DNA from: Eledone cirrhosa
Taxonomy: Eukaryota
DNA length: 64,000 bases
NCBI GenBank assembly: GCA_964016885.1
Contig: CAXHJY010001738.1
Location: 186,001 to 250,000, forward strand
Direction: 5' to 3'
Each line of letters starts with the position of its first letter. Positions within the stretch are counted from its first letter, which is position 1. Both the position numbers and the translations under genes were made by a program. A model generated the notes under the pieces. It was not told the origin of the DNA. It made no database searches and was given only the letters and a program-made list of their open reading frames with translations. Below, one piece after another: positions 60,719 to 64,000 of the stretch.

Positions 60719-60990
60719 CCTCAGGGAAGTGACGTAATGCAGACAGTCAGACATACAGAGAGATATTATAAGGGCGCGACGTTTTATGTATGTATATATC
60801 TAAAAAGAGAAAGACTAAGAATTATAGGGAGATATCGCTAAATCGCCTAATGCGGTCCCTTGCTCAAATCACTCACTGAAACATAAGTATTACATGTATA
60901 AAGTTTGAAAAGAGTCGGTTAAGTGGTTCTCTAGTTTTAGGGATTCAAACTCACACACAGACAGACATCCTCAGTTTTAGATATATGGAT
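60099..60990 (+). mobile_element. Helentron/HINE-like element
   Basis: ACTAG..CCTGGCGTTGCACGGG start, internal subrepeats of about 120 bp, CAGACAGACA..TTTTAGATATATGGAT end. Confidence 0.6.
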
Positions 60991-61039
60991 TACACAAGTA
61001 CACACAAACACACATACAGACACATATATCCAAATATAT

Positions 61040-62017
61040 ATATATGTAGATAAAACTACCAAAATATACGGTAGTGTCCAATCCGTATGAACAACTCAAT
61101 GTAATCCAAATATCATGAAAAGAGAAGATGTATTAACAAAAATTTTCGATCAAAATCACAGGAAAACAGAATCAAGATAAATTAATAAAAACAATGAATA
61201 AAAACAAAGAAACAGTTCCTTATATTAAAAAGTTCATCATTTTACGATCGTTTCTAGGATATATATGTGTGTGTTGGTATGTATATCATATAGATCTATG
61301 TAAAAATTTTACAAACTATCAGAGGGAATATACATACCTACATATATATATGCTGTCTTCAGAAAAAATTATTTCTGAAGACAGCATATATATATGTGTA
61401 GGTATGTATGTTCCCTCTAATAGTTTGTAAACATTTTACATAGATCTATATGATATACATACCAACAAACACACATATATATCCTAGAAACGATCGTAAA
61501 ATTATGAATTTTTTAATATAAGGAACTGTTTCTTTGTTTTTATTCATTATTTTCATTAATTTATCTTGACTCTGTTTTCCTGTGTTTTTCATCTAAAAAA
61601 ATTTGAATGCATCTTCTCTTTTCATGATATTTGGATTACATTGAGTTGTTCATACGGATTGGACACTACCGTATATTTTGGTAGTTTTATCTACATATAT
61701 ATATATATAAATTAATAAAAACAATGAATAAAAACAAAGAAACAGTTCCTTATATTAAAAAGTTCATCATTTTACGATCGTTTCTAGGATATATATGTGT
61801 GTTGGTATGTATATCATATAGATCTATGTAAAAATTTTACAATATATATATGTGTAGGTATGTATTTTCCCTCTGATAGTTTGTAAAATGTTTACATAGA
61901 TCTATATGATATACATACCAACACACACATATATATCCTAGAAACGATCGTAAATGATGAATTTTATAATATAAGGAACTGTTTCTTTGTTTTTATTCAT
62001 TGTTTTTATTAATTCAT
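61040..62017. mobile_element. Double fold-back of an ORF-less element carrying a long-stem-II hammerhead (61368-61505 +, about 61235-61366 -)
   Basis: Arms 61040-61365 and 61372-61700, second pair about 61710-61845 and 61880-62017. ATTATTT-CTGAAGA..GAAA-CGATCG-TA-AAATTAT. Confidence 0.8.
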
Positions 62018-62028
62018 ATATATATATA

Positions 62029-62066
<38 letters not shown>

Positions 62067-62113
62067 CATACACATAAACTCATATACACATATACAGACT
62101 CACACACACATAC

Positions 62114-62145
<32 letters not shown>

Positions 62146-62406
62146 ATAAATATATATTTATATATACACACATATATACAAATAAAAACATATATATATA
62201 TATATACACACAAACATACACATACATACATATAAATACATACATACATACACATACATACACATACATACAAACACACACACATATATATATATACATA
62301 CACATACATATACATATACATATATTACACATATATATATACACACATACATATATAAATATATATATATACATATAAATATATAAATATATACACCCAT
62401 ACACAT

Positions 62407-62479
<73 letters not shown>

Positions 62480-62735
62480 ATATATACATATTTATATATG
62501 CTTAATATATATATATTTATACACACATACATACACATATCCGCATATACTATAATCGCACGTACACACCCAAACATACGCATACATACGTACGGCCAGT
62601 CAAACAAATACGTATATACACACACTCATAAGATATATGTATGTATATATATATACATAATATACATATATATATATACATATATATAATATATATATAT
62701 ATATATATAATATATATATATATTATATATATATC

Positions 62736-62766
<31 letters not shown>

Positions 62767-63087
62767 TAATATATATATATGTGTGTGTGTGTGTGATGTG
62801 TGTGTGTGTGTGTATATATATATACACATATGTATATATATATATATAGTAATAATAATAAATTTGAAGACTAAAATCCAAAGAGGGCTCGATAGGATAA
62901 ATATATATCAAATATATAAGAACCGTAGAGCAAATATTTATTAAAATAAAGATTAAAATTTAAGCAAAGAATCGCTACTTTCAACCCTTAACGGGATCTT
63001 CTGAAACTAACAATGTCAATCTGTGAACGCAGAAGTGAATATTTAAAAAAAACGTTGAAACCGAGGAAGACAGGAAGACGATACTTT

Positions 63088-63364
63088 GGTTCGTGGAAAC
63101 ATTCCCTGGCAAAGAACGGAAAAAAACGAAGATAATACGTCATTATTTGGAGCGGTGAAAAACAATTACACGCAAAGACAAAACCACGTTTATGGTATAA
63201 ATGAAGTCGTAGATTAATATTCTATTAGGTGGTTCATGGAGACATTCTCTGGCAATGAACGGAAAAAACGAAGATAATACGTCATATGTGGAGCGGTGAG
63301 AACAATTACACGCAAAGACAAAACCACGTAAATGGTATAACTGAAGTCGTAGACTAAAATTCTA
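63088..63364. repeat. Diverged tandem duplication of about 142 bp
   Basis: GGTTC.TGGA.ACATTC.CTGGCAA.GAACGGAAAAAACGAAGATAATACGTCA..GAAGTCGTAGA occurs at 63088 and 63231. Confidence 0.85.
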
Positions 63365-64000
63365 TCCAGGAAACCGAATGATTCTCGGCTTCAGAGTTAA
63401 GAATAAAGTAAATAAAATACAGAGGTATCGAAATTAAATAAATACATACAGGCATCCATAACCGTACATACACAAGCATACGCGAAAACACTCGCCATGG
63501 GTATACAAATACAATCACATACACACAAAAAAAACAACCGCACTCCCATACAGAACCCACGCAGCGCCTGTACCCGCACACATACGAACGTATACACCAA
63601 ATACACATAAAATATATATAAAATAGATATATATATATATATGTGTGTGTGCGCGTGTATACATATGATTAAATGACCGTATATAAATAAATAAATACGC
63701 ATATAACGCGCGCGCACACATACCTACATGTAAATACACATATGTTCGCAGACGTACGTCAACCAAAACACAAAGTACACAAATACACACACCCTACATA
63801 CGTACGAACCCGCATACTCACACAGACGCAAAACTCACGTATACACATAACCGTATGCACATGTACCAGAATATATAATATATTATATACGCCATAACAT
63901 ATACAAGCAAATATACGTACGAGAAAGTATACGTACCTTCACAAAACATACAGGTAAAATATACTTACCTATACAAATAAGTAATGGTATAAACATAACA

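Overview
AT-rich, microsatellite-saturated animal genomic DNA, most likely an octopod cephalopod (inferred from the tRNA-derived SINE and the repeat landscape). One host gene is recognisable: a + strand Ly6/uPAR three-finger (quiver/sleepless-like) protein with coding exons at 33965-34028, 52869-53042 and 59154-59464 (182 aa). Nearly everything else is retroelement debris inserted into (TA)n, (TTA)n and (CA)n tracts. It includes several Penelope-like elements (Naiad-type and others), a Tx1/L1-clade LINE, three R4/Dong-type RLE elements, RTE LINEs with a non-autonomous bipartite derivative, tRNA-SINEs and Helentron-like elements. About 25 intact or degenerate hammerhead ribozyme (HHR) motifs occur in PLE terminal repeats and ORF-less retrozyme-like units. 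The top candidate for novelty is a ~620-bp non-coding repeat (3 copies) carrying all hammerhead core elements in a strand order (UH, GAAA, CUGAUGA) that is not type I, II or III, supported by compensatory base changes. Other candidates are a double-pseudoknot at the 5' end of a Dong/R4 element and HHRs with greatly expanded stem II. All structures were read by eye; no folding, alignment or database search was run.
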